Below, piece after piece: positions 35,777-47,293 of a DNA stretch of 64,000 bases; the stretch's first letter is position 1, and every line of letters begins with the position of its first letter. Origin of the DNA: an uncultured Bacteroidales bacterium (GTDB lineage Bacteria; Bacteroidota; Bacteroidia; Bacteroidales; UBA4417). A program made the position numbers and the translations under genes. The notes under the pieces are model-generated. The model saw only the letters and a program-made list of their open reading frames with translations. It had not been told where the DNA came from and did not search any database. The stretch lies in the NCBI GenBank assembly GCA_963802185.1, contig CAWDHU010000025.1:16997-80996 (forward strand), read 5' to 3'.

Positions 35777-36754
35777 CTAAACTTTATGAGCAATCATTTG
35801 GCTCAACCCTGATTCAAATTCTACCCGTGAAATAGTTACAAAGCCTGCGGTTGAAAGCATCTCTGTAACTTCCTGCTCTGTAAAGCAATCTCCGGCTTCG
35901 GTTCCTACCAGCATATTTATTGCAAATACAGCTCCGGATGTGGGTTGTGTCCGTTCGTTATTCATGATCCAGTCCTGGATAATAATTTTGCCGTTTTTGT
36001 TTAAAGCACTATAACATTTCTTTATTAAATCACGGTTTGTCTCCAGCGAATTGCTATGGATAATGGCTGATAGAAACACCAGGTCGAATCCTTTGGGTAA
36101 ATTATCAGTGGTGTAATCGCCGGTATATGTTTTGATTTTTGAAGCAAAACCTTCTTTGTCAATAAATTGTTGTGTTATGGGTACGACATTAGGCAGGTCA
36201 AAAACAGTGGCTTGAATAGAAGGTTTTCTTGTGATAAACTCCATGGAAAAAGCTCCTGAACCACCACCAATATCCAGAACAGATTGTATTCCTGACAAAT
36301 CAATAGTTGCCAATTGTTGCGGAGCTTGTTTTTTAGCCCTGTCGTGCATGGCATTTATAAAAGAAAAAAGCCATTCATCTCCTCTTTCATTAATTTCGGC
36401 ACGATGGGAAGCATTACCGGTTTTTACAACCTGAGTAAGATTGCTCCAGGTATTCCAGAGATGGTTTGAATGCATCAGGCCACCTAAATATTCCGGACTT
36501 TTTTTTGACAGAAACGTAAAACTTTCGGGAGTGTTAAAGAACAATTGGTTTTGTTTTGCAAGGAAACCTAATGAAACCAAAGCATTCAGCAAACGTTCGC
36601 AAGCGTGTTTATCCAGATGCAATGTGTTCGCCATTTGATCGGCAGTAGTACCCGATTTGTCCAAATGGGTAAATAAATCAAGTTCAAAACCGCTTAATAA
36701 AATCCTGCTTTTCTGAAATGAAGAGGCAAATTCTCTGATTGTATTTGGATTCAT
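35777..36754 (-). CDS. class I SAM-dependent O-methyltransferase (family 2, with a dimerisation/winged-helix N-domain)
   Basis: VLDIGGGSGAF SAM motif and VFDLP...DLVFLSAIIH. ATG 36754 is preferred over TTG 36778. Confidence 0.8.
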   Translation of the reverse strand: MNPNTIREFASSFQKSRILLSGFELDLFTHLDKSGTTADQMANTLHLDKHACERLLNALVSLGFLAKQNQLFFNTPESFTFLSKKSPEYLGGLMHSNHLWNTWSNLTQVVKTGNASHRAEINERGDEWLFSFINAMHDRAKKQAPQQLATIDLSGIQSVLDIGGGSGAFSMEFITRKPSIQATVFDLPNVVPITQQFIDKEGFASKIKTYTGDYTTDNLPKGFDLVFLSAIIHSNSLETNRDLIKKCYSALNKNGKIIIQDWIMNNERTQPTSGAVFAINMLVGTEAGDCFTEQEVTEMLSTAGFVTISRVEFESGLSQMIAHKV

Positions 36755-37248
36755 ACTATTGTCAATTATGTTTTTCAACGTTCATGAAATTTTCTGATCT
36801 GGGGTGGAGTAGTTGAATATAAAACACTTACTTCCTGTTTTACACAAAAGTAAATAAAAAGGATTTCTTGCCGGATAATTTACACGCATATTGCTCTATC
36901 CCAAATATACTGTCTTTTAATCATGTATTTGAAAAGTGATTCCGTTATTTTTGTAATAAATTCTAATCTCTTTGGGGTTAATTCCCCGCGGCTTTGCTGC
37001 GAGAGAAATAGTTTTAAGGTAATACCTCGATAGCTCAGCTTCGGGGTAGTTAATTAGAAACAGATGTTAAAATTAGGCTGAAGATTTTCACAAGCCACTT
37101 ACACTCAATAATTGTTAAGAACAAAGCAGCTTGCTTTTACCAGCTTACCGATTTATTAAATAAGGAAATTTGTGCCCAATACCTACAGTAGTGGGATTAG
37201 CACTGTTGCTGACTACGCTCTTTTGGTTAAGGCTTTGCCGATGTAAAT

Positions 37249-39048
37249 CTAGGGGGCAACGGTAGTCGAACCAATTAAGTTTGCACCCAGGGAAGTATTC
37301 CAGATATCGTGATTCGCAAACTGTATAGAACGCCTGTTAGTACTAGTTTCTTTAGGATCATTGATCTTCAGGTAAATATCAAAGTCACCAGGAGGCACCT
37401 TACCAAATTCGCCCATATTAATAGAGAAGTTCAAATCACGCCATGCAGCGGTATTGCCTGCCCTGCTGTCCGGATCAGGCCGCCAATCCCTTGCGTCAAG
37501 GTTCGTAAGTGCCGTGTAAGTGTTAAAACCATCTTTGGCTTTCAGAATTACCGAGACATTTTTCTTGTTTACTATATTACCAAAGCCGACGTTTTGGATC
37601 TTCCCTTCGAACCTCAACGTACCATTTTGCTCTACCCATTTACTTGCATTAGCCTTGCGCAACACTAACCGGTAGCCCAGTCTGTCACGCATATATTCCA
37701 TTCCGTTTCTGCCGTCATATACCGGGTCAAAGATTGCCGTTCGGGTTACTCCATCGTGTGGAGGCGTAAACGGTGCAGTGACATTTTCTTTATTATAAAC
37801 AAAATCACCCCAAAGTTTATAAGTGAGTCGGTTCCAACTTGTATTCAAATGAGTCGTTTGAGCATACGCGGCTTCATAAAGAACGTTTGGAAACCTGGGA
37901 TAGATATTTTCGTCAGAACCGGGTCCAACAGATTCACCGCCGTAGAAGTTATTTTGATTTCTGATCCAGCTTAAAGCAGCGTTACGATCAAAATCATTTT
38001 GATCCCCGGTTCCTATTAGTCGATACCCTTCGGAAAGTGATCCATTGTCATCATAAAATTTACTTCTTGAACCCGCTGAATAACTATCGTTGAACATACC
38101 GAAACGTTGCTCCGGTGTTCCGCGTGCCGGGGCCGGCATTAAATTAGTAAAGTTATAATCGGTACCATATTCAATGTTATGCCATGCCATAACTCCGCCC
38201 GCATGTACTAAAATTGAACGTGAAGCGGGAACATAACCCAGCAACGCTTTCAAAAGCCAGTGATAACCCTCCCGGGTTCTGGCATAAGATGACGAGTGCA
38301 TTTCGCCCCATGGGCCAAAGATTCCCCCTTTAACAGCCATTATACAATCTTCGAATTCGCTGAAAACATTTCCAAGCTGCCAAAGATGATATTGTACCCA
38401 GTTTTTGTCCTCATGACCGGGTATACCACACAAATCAGATTTATTAATAACTCCGGTTTCGTACCAAACCCGACCTTTTGGTGCCCCTGGTTCGCAATCA
38501 TGAATGAGCTGGTCATAACTTTTATTATCAACATACGTATTGCCCTGTCCGTCATAATTAAATTTCACAATGGCAACAGCTTCGCTTTCTCTTACTCTTT
38601 GAAGCGCTGTCCTTACATAATCAAGGGCAGCGGGTGTTAAAGGTTGAGTTGTTCCATAATCTGGCGGAACATCACCTTTAGCACTCCAGGGTCCTATGGG
38701 TTTTCCATTGAGAGGGGCATTCGACGAAAAGTTTTTCAGGTCAAATTCCATATAAACGATGCGAGCATTAACAGAGACCGTGGTTCCACTTATAATGGTC
38801 GCTAAGTCAGGAAAACCTGGAGTTCCAATGTCGACTGGAATTACATAACCTTCGGGTCTGTAAAAGCCCCTGTCAGGATTCGGAATATCAACAGGATTCT
38901 CCATATAGTTAAGGGGCTGTAACACAAGCGGAGACTGCTGCTGGAAACCAAACAAAAAACAAGCGCTTACAGCGACAGCGACAAAAAAAATTTTACTTTT
39001 CAAATGAATTATTTTTAAAATTAGGGGGAAAGATAATAACTTTTTCAT
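37249..39048 (-). CDS. secreted DUF4874/DUF4832-like putative glycoside hydrolase (paralog 1)
   Basis: NPVDIPNPDRGFYRP, WVQYHLWQL and FGPWGEMHSS motifs, with a conserved C-terminal module ...GYRLVLRKANAS...IQNVGFGN...IYLKINDPKE...GANLIGSTTVAP. ATG 39048 (MKKLLSF...) is preferred, because the 39291 start would overlap the upstream gene. Confidence 0.75.
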   Translation of the reverse strand: MKKLLSFPLILKIIHLKSKIFFVAVAVSACFLFGFQQQSPLVLQPLNYMENPVDIPNPDRGFYRPEGYVIPVDIGTPGFPDLATIISGTTVSVNARIVYMEFDLKNFSSNAPLNGKPIGPWSAKGDVPPDYGTTQPLTPAALDYVRTALQRVRESEAVAIVKFNYDGQGNTYVDNKSYDQLIHDCEPGAPKGRVWYETGVINKSDLCGIPGHEDKNWVQYHLWQLGNVFSEFEDCIMAVKGGIFGPWGEMHSSSYARTREGYHWLLKALLGYVPASRSILVHAGGVMAWHNIEYGTDYNFTNLMPAPARGTPEQRFGMFNDSYSAGSRSKFYDDNGSLSEGYRLIGTGDQNDFDRNAALSWIRNQNNFYGGESVGPGSDENIYPRFPNVLYEAAYAQTTHLNTSWNRLTYKLWGDFVYNKENVTAPFTPPHDGVTRTAIFDPVYDGRNGMEYMRDRLGYRLVLRKANASKWVEQNGTLRFEGKIQNVGFGNIVNKKNVSVILKAKDGFNTYTALTNLDARDWRPDPDSRAGNTAAWRDLNFSINMGEFGKVPPGDFDIYLKINDPKETSTNRRSIQFANHDIWNTSLGANLIGSTTVAP

Positions 39049-39145
39049 TTTTGGATTTTTCTTTATGGGTGCTGTAGGAGCGGTGCTGTATTCCATATCA
39101 CTTAATATCCGTTTTAAATTCAATAATCTTTTATGGATTTTGGAA

Positions 39146-41422
39146 TTAAAAAGCCCGAACCGGCCGAACGTAATACATATAGGTAGCGTCAAATTTACGA
39201 CCGGTATTTCGCCAATAAGCATTCGCATCAATCTCGATACAAACTGGCCATGCTCTAATCGTGTCTGTTGATGTCCAGTATAATTTTCCAAGCATATCCT
39301 TAGTAACCGGATCGTTGGGATTATTTAATACGTAGGCTCTAATCTCCATAAGTTCATCCTGGGTTGGGAGGTACCAGTCGCTCAAGCCATTTTTAACGTA
39401 TTCATCGCAGGCTTTTGCGGCTGGTGCGTCTGGATCACCTGGATTAACAATGGAGTCAGTAGTCCGAAGGATAAAGTCGGTGTTATACAATCCTGCACCA
39501 AACTGGGGATAGGTAGCTATGCCATTCCTAACGGCAAAGATACTGTCTCTTGAGGCCCAGGTAACAGGTACTCCTCCTGCAATATCTTCGGAGCCTATTT
39601 CAATGTAGTGGGCAACTCGTGCTAAAGTTGGATTTTGTGGATCGGTCAGGATGTCAAAGCCAAAAGGATTCACATAGACTATTTTGCCACCACCAGGGCC
39701 TGTATCGCCGACTTGGTATTGTGCAACAAAGGAGTTGTCACTATCTGCTCTAACAGTTGTCGAACCAATCCGGTTGGCGCCAAGCACTGCATTCCACATA
39801 GAACCATCAGAACTGTCGTTGTTTGCAAAACGGACATTACGAAGGTTTTCCTGTTTTGCCTTAGGATCACTAATCTTCATGTAAATCTTGTAATCACCCG
39901 GCGGCACAGCTTTGTGAAACTCGCCTAAGTTGACTGAGAAATTTAAATCGCGGTAGGAATCTGTATTGTCGGGCCTGTTGTTCATAGGAATACCCTGGTC
40001 TTTCAGCCAATCTCGCGCATCAAGGTTTGTTAGCGCCTTGTAAACCTCACCGGTCGATCTGTTTTCCAATAATACGTATACATTCTTCTTGTTAAAAATG
40101 TTTCCAAAACCGACGTTTTGTATTTTCCCTCTGAAGTGCAGGTCATTGCCCATCGTAACGGTGTCACTTGCCCGGGCCTCACGCAGCACCAACCGGTAGC
40201 CCATTCTGTCGCGCATATATTCCAGTCCGTTTCTGCCTTCGTATACCGGATCAAAGATTACACTTACGGTTTTGCCATTGTGCGGATAAAAAATCGGTGC
40301 AGTGACGTTAGCTTCAGTATACTTGAAATTCTCCCAACGTTTAAGATTGACTCCGTACCAGTCTGTATTCAGGTGCGTTGTTCCCATAATAGAAGCTTCA
40401 TAAAAAATGGAAGGAGGAGAGTCATAAGGACGGGAGCTCATCTCATTCGTCTCACCGCCAACAGGACCATTCTGACCACGGATCCAGTTTAAAACTTTGT
40501 CCCGATCAAAATCATATTTAGTTCCAAGTATTTGAGCCCCTTCGGAAAAGGAGTCCATGTCACTGTACAAGCCGTTCATGTGTGATAAACCGTTCGCGTA
40601 ACTGTCGTTCAGCAAACCGAAACGCGACTCTGGCGTGTCCCGTAGAGGTATGGGTAAAAATCCCATATTGGCAAAAGTAAAAGGGGTATTGTGTATGGCG
40701 TTATACCACGATATGTATGCTCCCCCATGGACGGCGAGCTTACGCGAAGTGGGGACTGCGTCCAGCAGTGCTTGCATAAGCCAGGCGTATGCTTCTGTGC
40801 TTTTACCATAGTCTGATGAGTGCATTTCACCCCACGGTCCGAAGAAGCCCCCTTTAAATGCAAATATGATGTCTTCATTTTCACGCCAAATTGGTTCCAG
40901 CTGCTTTATATGATATTGTACCCAATTTAAGTGTTCAAAACCGGGTACAGTACACTGGCCATATGGTTCAGGACTGAATGCGAGTTCGTCCGTTGGTACA
41001 TCCCAGGAATGATTGTCATAACTATGTAGCATCAAGACAACACCATCCCGAGCTCTTATCGAATCCATTGTTCTTCTGTAGTAAGCAAGGCCGTCGTTCG
41101 ATATGGGACCGTTTTCAGTTACGCCCTCGACTCGGGCATACCGCGAAAAATTTCTCAAGTTGAAGTACACTTCACTAATGCGGACCTCTACATTGGTGTT
41201 AGTGCCTGAAATACGGGTGAGTCCGGCGCGTGATCCAGTTCCTTGTGTTCCACCGGAACTCGGAACAATACCTCCAGAGCCCGGAGTATAAAAACCTCTA
41301 TCCGGATTCGGAATGTCACCGACAAACTCCGTAGTGTTAATATTCTGTGGCACAAGATTGTCCTGAGCGTTTACAGCGCTGACAACCAAACAAAAAACTA
41401 GAAATATAATATTGATTTTCAT
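39146..41422 (-). CDS. secreted DUF4874/DUF4832-like putative glycoside hydrolase with a C-terminal DUF1566-like domain (paralog 2)
   Basis: It has the same motifs as paralog 1 (DIPNPDRGFYTP, WVQYHIKQL, FGPWGEMHSS). It adds ~190 aa ending ...DWYLPTQDEL...YWTSTD...YVRPVRAF, typical of the DUF1566/Lcl C-terminal domain. Confidence 0.75.
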   Translation of the reverse strand: MKINIIFLVFCLVVSAVNAQDNLVPQNINTTEFVGDIPNPDRGFYTPGSGGIVPSSGGTQGTGSRAGLTRISGTNTNVEVRISEVYFNLRNFSRYARVEGVTENGPISNDGLAYYRRTMDSIRARDGVVLMLHSYDNHSWDVPTDELAFSPEPYGQCTVPGFEHLNWVQYHIKQLEPIWRENEDIIFAFKGGFFGPWGEMHSSDYGKSTEAYAWLMQALLDAVPTSRKLAVHGGAYISWYNAIHNTPFTFANMGFLPIPLRDTPESRFGLLNDSYANGLSHMNGLYSDMDSFSEGAQILGTKYDFDRDKVLNWIRGQNGPVGGETNEMSSRPYDSPPSIFYEASIMGTTHLNTDWYGVNLKRWENFKYTEANVTAPIFYPHNGKTVSVIFDPVYEGRNGLEYMRDRMGYRLVLREARASDTVTMGNDLHFRGKIQNVGFGNIFNKKNVYVLLENRSTGEVYKALTNLDARDWLKDQGIPMNNRPDNTDSYRDLNFSVNLGEFHKAVPPGDYKIYMKISDPKAKQENLRNVRFANNDSSDGSMWNAVLGANRIGSTTVRADSDNSFVAQYQVGDTGPGGGKIVYVNPFGFDILTDPQNPTLARVAHYIEIGSEDIAGGVPVTWASRDSIFAVRNGIATYPQFGAGLYNTDFILRTTDSIVNPGDPDAPAAKACDEYVKNGLSDWYLPTQDELMEIRAYVLNNPNDPVTKDMLGKLYWTSTDTIRAWPVCIEIDANAYWRNTGRKFDATYMYYVRPVRAF

Positions 41423-41478
41423 ATGGGTTAATATTAATGAAAAATGCTATTCAGGCTTTTGTTCGAAATACACCTTAT

Positions 41479-42987
41479 CTAAGGTTCTAAATACCACCTT
41501 GGATTTGCATTATTGTAGGCCTGTAAGGCAGTCCATTTAGCTCGGGACGAAGTAGCTCTGCTTACGTTATCTAAATATACACCGTCAAAACCAACGTCGA
41601 CCAACCTGTCTATTGAGGATCTTCCATCCGGAAACTGAGAATGTTTATACTTGGGATTTTTATACGGGCTGCCGCCTCTTACGATAATATCACGCCACTG
41701 AGGATGCCACCAAAGCGGTGTGGATTCATCAGAGTATTGTCCGGAGTAAGCCGGCCATAGTATCCAATTTGGGATACCAACATCCCAAAATTTCTCACGT
41801 GCGGGTATAAATTTGCCGTTCTCAACAGCGCCTTGGAGAAAAGAATTTGTGCCAGGATTAACCATTACCGGATCGACAAACCACCGGTACAATTCTGTCG
41901 TACCAATACTTAAATATGCGATAACCTGTCGTCTGCCACCCTGGGGTTTCCATTTAAGCTTTTCAACCTCTTCCCTGGTAAGAGAATTCATGTCGAAATC
42001 TGCGTCAATATAAAAAACATCCCATTCTGAGGCAGCGAGTCCCTCAATATACGCCTTCCTGCCTTCATTTTGATTGTAGCCTTTCACCACCCAGAAAAAG
42101 TCCCATTCTGTCCCGTGTTCAGCGATCGCTTTAGCAACCACCTCTGCATCGCCGGTAGGTTTAAATCGTCCGCCTGCGAAAGGGACCAAATAACCAGCAG
42201 TGTTGGTTATATCGAGACGACTGGCTGGATGAGCTTCCCAGTCGGGCCAATTCGTATATTTACCGGTGCTGATCATGTATAGATAGTTTTTCGCATCCAT
42301 CATTTTATAAACATTGTTACTGTTTAATGTCTGTGCTACACCGGCAGGTATTGGATCATGGATTATATTGTAACTGTTGGAGGAAGGTGAATATATTGGC
42401 ATATAACCTGGATTGCCTATTCCGGGTGACTGATACACTTCTGCACTTAACCGCGGGTGCCAGAGAATATCATTATCGGCAGCAATTTTCTGGTTATCAG
42501 CAACAACTTTTACAGTGCTTCCATTAGTGTTTGCCGTACCCTTAATGCCAGCCTTACTTAGGTTTGCCAACCTGGTTACCGCAGTGGCGCTGAAATTTTC
42601 AATCCCCCAACCATCGAGCAAGTTAAGAAGATTCGAATCATATGAATTATCCGGATTTCCATCTACATGGGCATATTCCAAAGTGTCTTGCGGAACAATC
42701 TGAAAGTTCGGATTTCGGGTCTTCGCCTTGATGGCAAGTTCCATTATTAATGCCTGCATCTTACGGGCGCGCCCAACCTCACTAACATCATCCGGATCAC
42801 CATAATAAGCTTCAACCAGCGCATTTAGTTCTGCAATCGTGTGCCCCCCCTTGGGTATCCAGGATAGTTTTTGCGGGAGCTGATCAGCAGATACCATTTG
42901 TCTGGGAATCCAGGAGATCAGAGCCGGAGCGGCTCCCATGGCGGCGGCTGCGAGCATGCTGGTTTTTAAAAATTCTTTTCTGTTCAT
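41479..42987 (-). CDS. secreted GH114-like TIM-barrel protein (putative endo-alpha-1,4-polygalactosaminidase-like)
   Basis: Tat-like leader MNRKEFLKTSMLAAAAMGAAPA. The C-terminal region has QVIAYLSIGTTELYRW and VGFDGVYLDNV, resembling the two GH114 signature segments (V.CYFSAG..E..R / G.DGV..DNVD). The N-terminal ~320 aa are unassigned. Confidence 0.55.
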   Translation of the reverse strand: MNRKEFLKTSMLAAAAMGAAPALISWIPRQMVSADQLPQKLSWIPKGGHTIAELNALVEAYYGDPDDVSEVGRARKMQALIMELAIKAKTRNPNFQIVPQDTLEYAHVDGNPDNSYDSNLLNLLDGWGIENFSATAVTRLANLSKAGIKGTANTNGSTVKVVADNQKIAADNDILWHPRLSAEVYQSPGIGNPGYMPIYSPSSNSYNIIHDPIPAGVAQTLNSNNVYKMMDAKNYLYMISTGKYTNWPDWEAHPASRLDITNTAGYLVPFAGGRFKPTGDAEVVAKAIAEHGTEWDFFWVVKGYNQNEGRKAYIEGLAASEWDVFYIDADFDMNSLTREEVEKLKWKPQGGRRQVIAYLSIGTTELYRWFVDPVMVNPGTNSFLQGAVENGKFIPAREKFWDVGIPNWILWPAYSGQYSDESTPLWWHPQWRDIIVRGGSPYKNPKYKHSQFPDGRSSIDRLVDVGFDGVYLDNVSRATSSRAKWTALQAYNNANPRWYLEP

Positions 42988-42992
42988 AACGT

Positions 42993-45173
42993 TTACTTTA
43001 TGTTAGTCGAACCAATTAAGTTAGCACCAAGGTCAGCATTCCAATTATTTCCCTTATTCGCAAACCGTATAGAGCGCTTGTTTGTGCTTTGTTCTTTAGG
43101 ATCATTGATTTTCAGGTAAATATCATAATCCCCGGGAGGCACCTCACCAAACGCGTCCATGTTAATTGAAAATTTCAAATCATGCCATGCAGCGGTATTT
43201 GTAGACCTGGAGTCAGGCATTGCGCCATTCGGACCCACCTCAGCAGGCTTCCAATCATACGGGTCAATGTTCGTAAGCACCGCATTGGATACGGACCCAT
43301 TGGATTTGGATTTCAGAATTACCTTCACAGCTTTTTTGTTAAAAACAGTACCCCATCCGACATTTTGGATTTTCCCATGGAACATAATGGTACCATTCTG
43401 TTTTACAAATTCACTTGCTTTAGCCTCACGCAGAACTAACCGGTAGCCCAATCTGTCACGGTAATATGCCAATGCACTTTGGCCTTCATAAACCGGGTCA
43501 TAGAGTACCTGTATGGTTTGACCATTCCACGGGTAAGTTATCTCCACATCAATGCTTTTTCGTGTATAAGGATAATCTGCCCGCGACTTAAATCTTCCCG
43601 GACCCTGCTGCATACACATATACGTCAAGTGGGAAATACTGCTTTCATAGAACATGGAAGGAAAACGCAAAATTACGTCGTTCACAGTATTTTCTTTTCG
43701 TTCGCCGACGGGAATATAGCCTCCGTTGGTACCGGATTCAGGTTCTTCAGCAATTTGTTCACCGCCATAGACAGACATCTTTCCGAGAAAGTTCATAACC
43801 TTGGTACGATCCCAATCAATGAAATAGACTCCACGCCACCTTGCATCACTTAGCTTTTCCGGAACGGCTACAAGCCTGTTGGTTCCGCTATCATTATATC
43901 CGATAACTGGTGATACTCCAGGTCTCGTCAGTGACGGATCCACTCCTTTTGGATTATATCCTTTCAGAATTGGATCATAGGCCAGCATTCGATACCCTTC
44001 GGTTAATGAGCCACCGTCGCCATACGAATATTCGTCTGCTGACCAGCCATTTGAGTCGTCGAACATACCAAAACGCGCCTCCGGCGTACCGCGTACAGGG
44101 GTGGGGAAGGCATCCAGTGTGCCAAAGTCATAAGTAGTATTGTATGTGCGGTTATACCAATCCAGGAAACCGCCAATATGCGTCATTATCGGTTTACCAT
44201 CTGGAACTGCGTCCAGTAATGCATCTAAAATGATCTTGTAATTGCCCGGTACTTCAGCATCATAATTTGAGTGGGATTCGCCCCATGGACCAAATGTGCC
44301 TGAATCAAATGCCCAAATTATATCTGAGTATTCCTTGAAAATTGGTTTCAGCTGATGATAATGATACTGGACCCAATTCATATCTGTAAACCCGGGCACG
44401 GTACACATTCTAAATATTGGCGAAGATCCTCTCCATGTACCCGCGCCTGGTTTTGCAATGTGAGCAGCACGATTCTCAGCTGACACAGGTCTTTTGTAGT
44501 CTGCCTTATAATAGTATCTTTCATCGGTGGATGCGGGTCCGTCATCTTCATATTTAAGATTATCTTCAGTCCAGACAAAATGGTTCCAGCCTTTAGGGTC
44601 ATAACAAACACGTATATGAGCGACACTGTTGGTGTTGGATCTTATAAATTCAAGTTGTTTTCTTATGAAATCAAGCCCATAGGATGTTATGGGTCCATCC
44701 ACTCCTACCTGACTGTGATCATCGGGATTACCAGGGGAACCATCGCACCATGCATTCGACGAAAATTCATTCAGGACGAGGTAGAACTGAACGATACGTG
44801 GTTCAACAGTGACGTTGCAATACTCGGGGCCTGCTCCTTCCGGACCAAAATATATAGGCGGGGTCATTTCGTAAGCCATCTTAAAGGGTTGGCCTAAAAT
44901 TGTATTGGCACTTGCCGGAATTGTCATATACCCCCAATAGTTTGAACCTCCCGGTCTATCAGGGATAAAGGCGCCCAGGCCGGCAGCGTCGTCATTGCCT
45001 CTTTCAAAGCCCCTGTCCGGATTCGGAATGTCAACCGGATTCTCCGTGTAGTCAAGCGCCTGTGACACAAGCGGGGTTGCTTTTCTATCATTCGCACATG
45101 CGACAAACAACAATCCTGTCAACACCAGGCCAACAATTAACTTGATTTTATTCACTCTAAATACTTTTTTCAT
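42993..45173 (-). CDS. secreted DUF4874/DUF4832-like putative glycoside hydrolase (paralog 3)
   Basis: Lipoprotein-like leader MKKVFRVNKIKLIVGLVLTGLLFVAC, the NPVDIPNPDRGFERG, WVQYHYHQL and FGPWGESHSN motifs, and the shared C-terminal module. Confidence 0.75.
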   Translation of the reverse strand: MKKVFRVNKIKLIVGLVLTGLLFVACANDRKATPLVSQALDYTENPVDIPNPDRGFERGNDDAAGLGAFIPDRPGGSNYWGYMTIPASANTILGQPFKMAYEMTPPIYFGPEGAGPEYCNVTVEPRIVQFYLVLNEFSSNAWCDGSPGNPDDHSQVGVDGPITSYGLDFIRKQLEFIRSNTNSVAHIRVCYDPKGWNHFVWTEDNLKYEDDGPASTDERYYYKADYKRPVSAENRAAHIAKPGAGTWRGSSPIFRMCTVPGFTDMNWVQYHYHQLKPIFKEYSDIIWAFDSGTFGPWGESHSNYDAEVPGNYKIILDALLDAVPDGKPIMTHIGGFLDWYNRTYNTTYDFGTLDAFPTPVRGTPEARFGMFDDSNGWSADEYSYGDGGSLTEGYRMLAYDPILKGYNPKGVDPSLTRPGVSPVIGYNDSGTNRLVAVPEKLSDARWRGVYFIDWDRTKVMNFLGKMSVYGGEQIAEEPESGTNGGYIPVGERKENTVNDVILRFPSMFYESSISHLTYMCMQQGPGRFKSRADYPYTRKSIDVEITYPWNGQTIQVLYDPVYEGQSALAYYRDRLGYRLVLREAKASEFVKQNGTIMFHGKIQNVGWGTVFNKKAVKVILKSKSNGSVSNAVLTNIDPYDWKPAEVGPNGAMPDSRSTNTAAWHDLKFSINMDAFGEVPPGDYDIYLKINDPKEQSTNKRSIRFANKGNNWNADLGANLIGSTNIK

Positions 45174-45224
45174 AACCTAACCTCCAACTCAATATAATAA
45201 ATACTCGCCTTCGCCGATTAAAAT

Positions 45225-47169
45225 CTAGGGGACAACTTTCGTCGAACCAATTAAGTTTGCACCAAGTGAAGTATTCCAAACATCGTAATTCGCAAACTGT
45301 ATACAACGCCTGTTAGCACTGGTTTCTTTAGGATCATTGATCTTCAAGTAAATATCATAGTCACCAGGGGGCAAATTACCAAATGCGCCCATATTAATTG
45401 TGAAGTTCAAATTCACGCCATGCAGCGGTATTATCAGCCCTGCTGTCCCCATTCTCAGCAGTCAGCCAATCCCTTGCGTCAATGTTCGTAGCTGCTATGT
45501 AAGAGTCAGAACCATCTTTGGCTTTCAGAATAACCGACACCTTTTTCTTGTTTACTACATTACCAAAGCCGACATTTTGGATCTTCCCTTCGAACATAAG
45601 GGTCCCATTCTGCTTCACCCATTCACTTGCCTTAGCCTCACGCAACACTAAACGGTAACCTAATCTGTCGCGGAAATATTCCAGCCCGGTTCTGCCGTCA
45701 TATACCGGGTCAAAGATTGCCGTTTTTGTTGGTCCGGAGAAAGGAGGAACTGTCTCTCTGCCTGATGCCGGGAACGTAACCGGTATAGTGACGTTTGCTT
45801 CATTATAGATAAAATTACTCCACCGGGAATAATTACCGTGTCTCATATTCAAAGCAGTTGTCCGGAATTCAAGGGCTTCTATAATAGCGCCCGGCATATT
45901 GCCAAAAGCATTATTGCCGACCCCGCCCTCAACTTGAAGGATTGTGTTTCGATTATAAAGCCAGGTGAGAAATCTGAAACGATCATATGGACCATGAAAT
46001 CTGCCATTGTCAGAATAATTAGCCGCATAACTATCGTCGAAAAATCCAAAACGCGCCTCCGGCGATCCCTTAGGCGGAATCGGCATGGCGTCTATATTAG
46101 TAGCGGTGTAAGTGGTCCCATACGTAAGGTTATACCATGCCATGAATAAGGGCTGATTTGTTAAAAGAATACGCGAAGCCGGAACAACTTCCAGATAATC
46201 ATCTAAAAGCTTTTTACCAGCATCCGCACTCAGGGCCATAGGTGATGAGTGCTGTTCGCCCCATGGACCAAGCATACCCGTTTTAACACACATGATGATG
46301 TCTTCGAATTCATGGAATATTGGTTTAAGCTGCCAAAGATGATATTCTATCCAGTCTTTGTCCGTATGACCGGGTACATCACACAAGGCAGATGGATTAT
46401 TAGGAGTTATATATGCTGGTTCCGGGCCATGAATGAGTCCTTCGGTGAGATTTAGTTGGGGATACTTAAAGGGTTCAATATAATTAAACCCGTTGCCGTC
46501 ATATGAAAATTTCACAAAGGCTACGCCGTTGCCATCTCTCACCTTCTGAAGCAGGCCTCTTATATAATCAAGCGCAAACGAAGTTAAGGGTTGAGTTTTT
46601 CCTGTTCTTGTGGCTCCGGTGCCCGGGTCTGCAAACAATCCATCATCCTTGTAACCAAAAGCATCCTTCGCCGAGAGGAATGCGTTAGAAGAAAAGTTAC
46701 ACAAGTCAAAACACATAAATGATATGGAAGGAAGGGCAGAGACACCGGTTCCGCCAACGTAGGGGTTAGCGTTTTGATTAACACCATTATAAAATTGAGT
46801 CTCTTCGATATCATCTCCTTCCACAGGCGGCACCTGTCTTCCCTGATACAGCACAGAATTTGCATCAACCGGAACCCGGTGATCTACTTCAGGCGTAATA
46901 CCAAAAGGCGAATTAGTCCCATTAACCGAATTAGGCGATATATTCTGCCATCGGCCTCTATAGACGCCTCTGTCCGGATTCGGAATATCAACTGGATTCT
47001 CCGCATAGTTAAGTTTCTGTAACACAAGCGGGGCTACAGTTCTATCATCCGCCCCTTTCAGTACAATGTCATTTCCGGGAGCCTTCCCCGCATATACTAC
47101 ACACAACATGCCTGTCAACAACGTGCCAAGGATTAACTTGAATTCATTCATTCTAAATACTTTTTTCAT
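45225..47169 (-). CDS. secreted DUF4874/DUF4832-like putative glycoside hydrolase (paralog 4), frameshifted near the 3' end
   Basis: The 591-aa ORF ends ...NTAAWREFELHN*. The overlapping 75-aa ORF continues ...NLNFTINMGAFGNLPPGDYDIYLKINDPKE...GSTKVVP. Paralog 1 reads GAAGTTCAAATCACGCCA where this copy reads GAAGTTCAAATTCACGCCA (~45405-45422), a 1-nt insertion. Confidence 0.7.
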
Positions 47170-47220
47170 AACCTAACCTCCAACTTAATATAATAAATGC
47201 ACGCCTTCGCCAATTAAAAT

Positions 47221-47293
47221 CCAGGGGGCAACTTTAGTCGAACCAATTAAATTTGCACCAAGTGAAGTATTCAAAACATCGTGATTCGCAATT
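47221..47293 (-). pseudogene. relic of the 3' end of a fifth DUF4832-like paralog
   Basis: CCAGGGGGCAACTTTAGTCGAACCAATTAAATTTGCACCAAGTGAAGTATTC...GTGATTCGCAA is homologous to the last ~70 nt of the paralogs. It is preceded by the same intergenic junction sequence as at 45174-45224. Confidence 0.65.

Noticed and set aside
39049-39291. N-terminal 81-aa extension of the 37249-39291 ORF.
   Set aside because: The extension overlaps the 3' end of the upstream paralog (stop at 39146) and lacks a signal peptide. The internal ATG 39048 gives a leader (MKKLLSFPLILKII...) comparable to those of the other paralogs.
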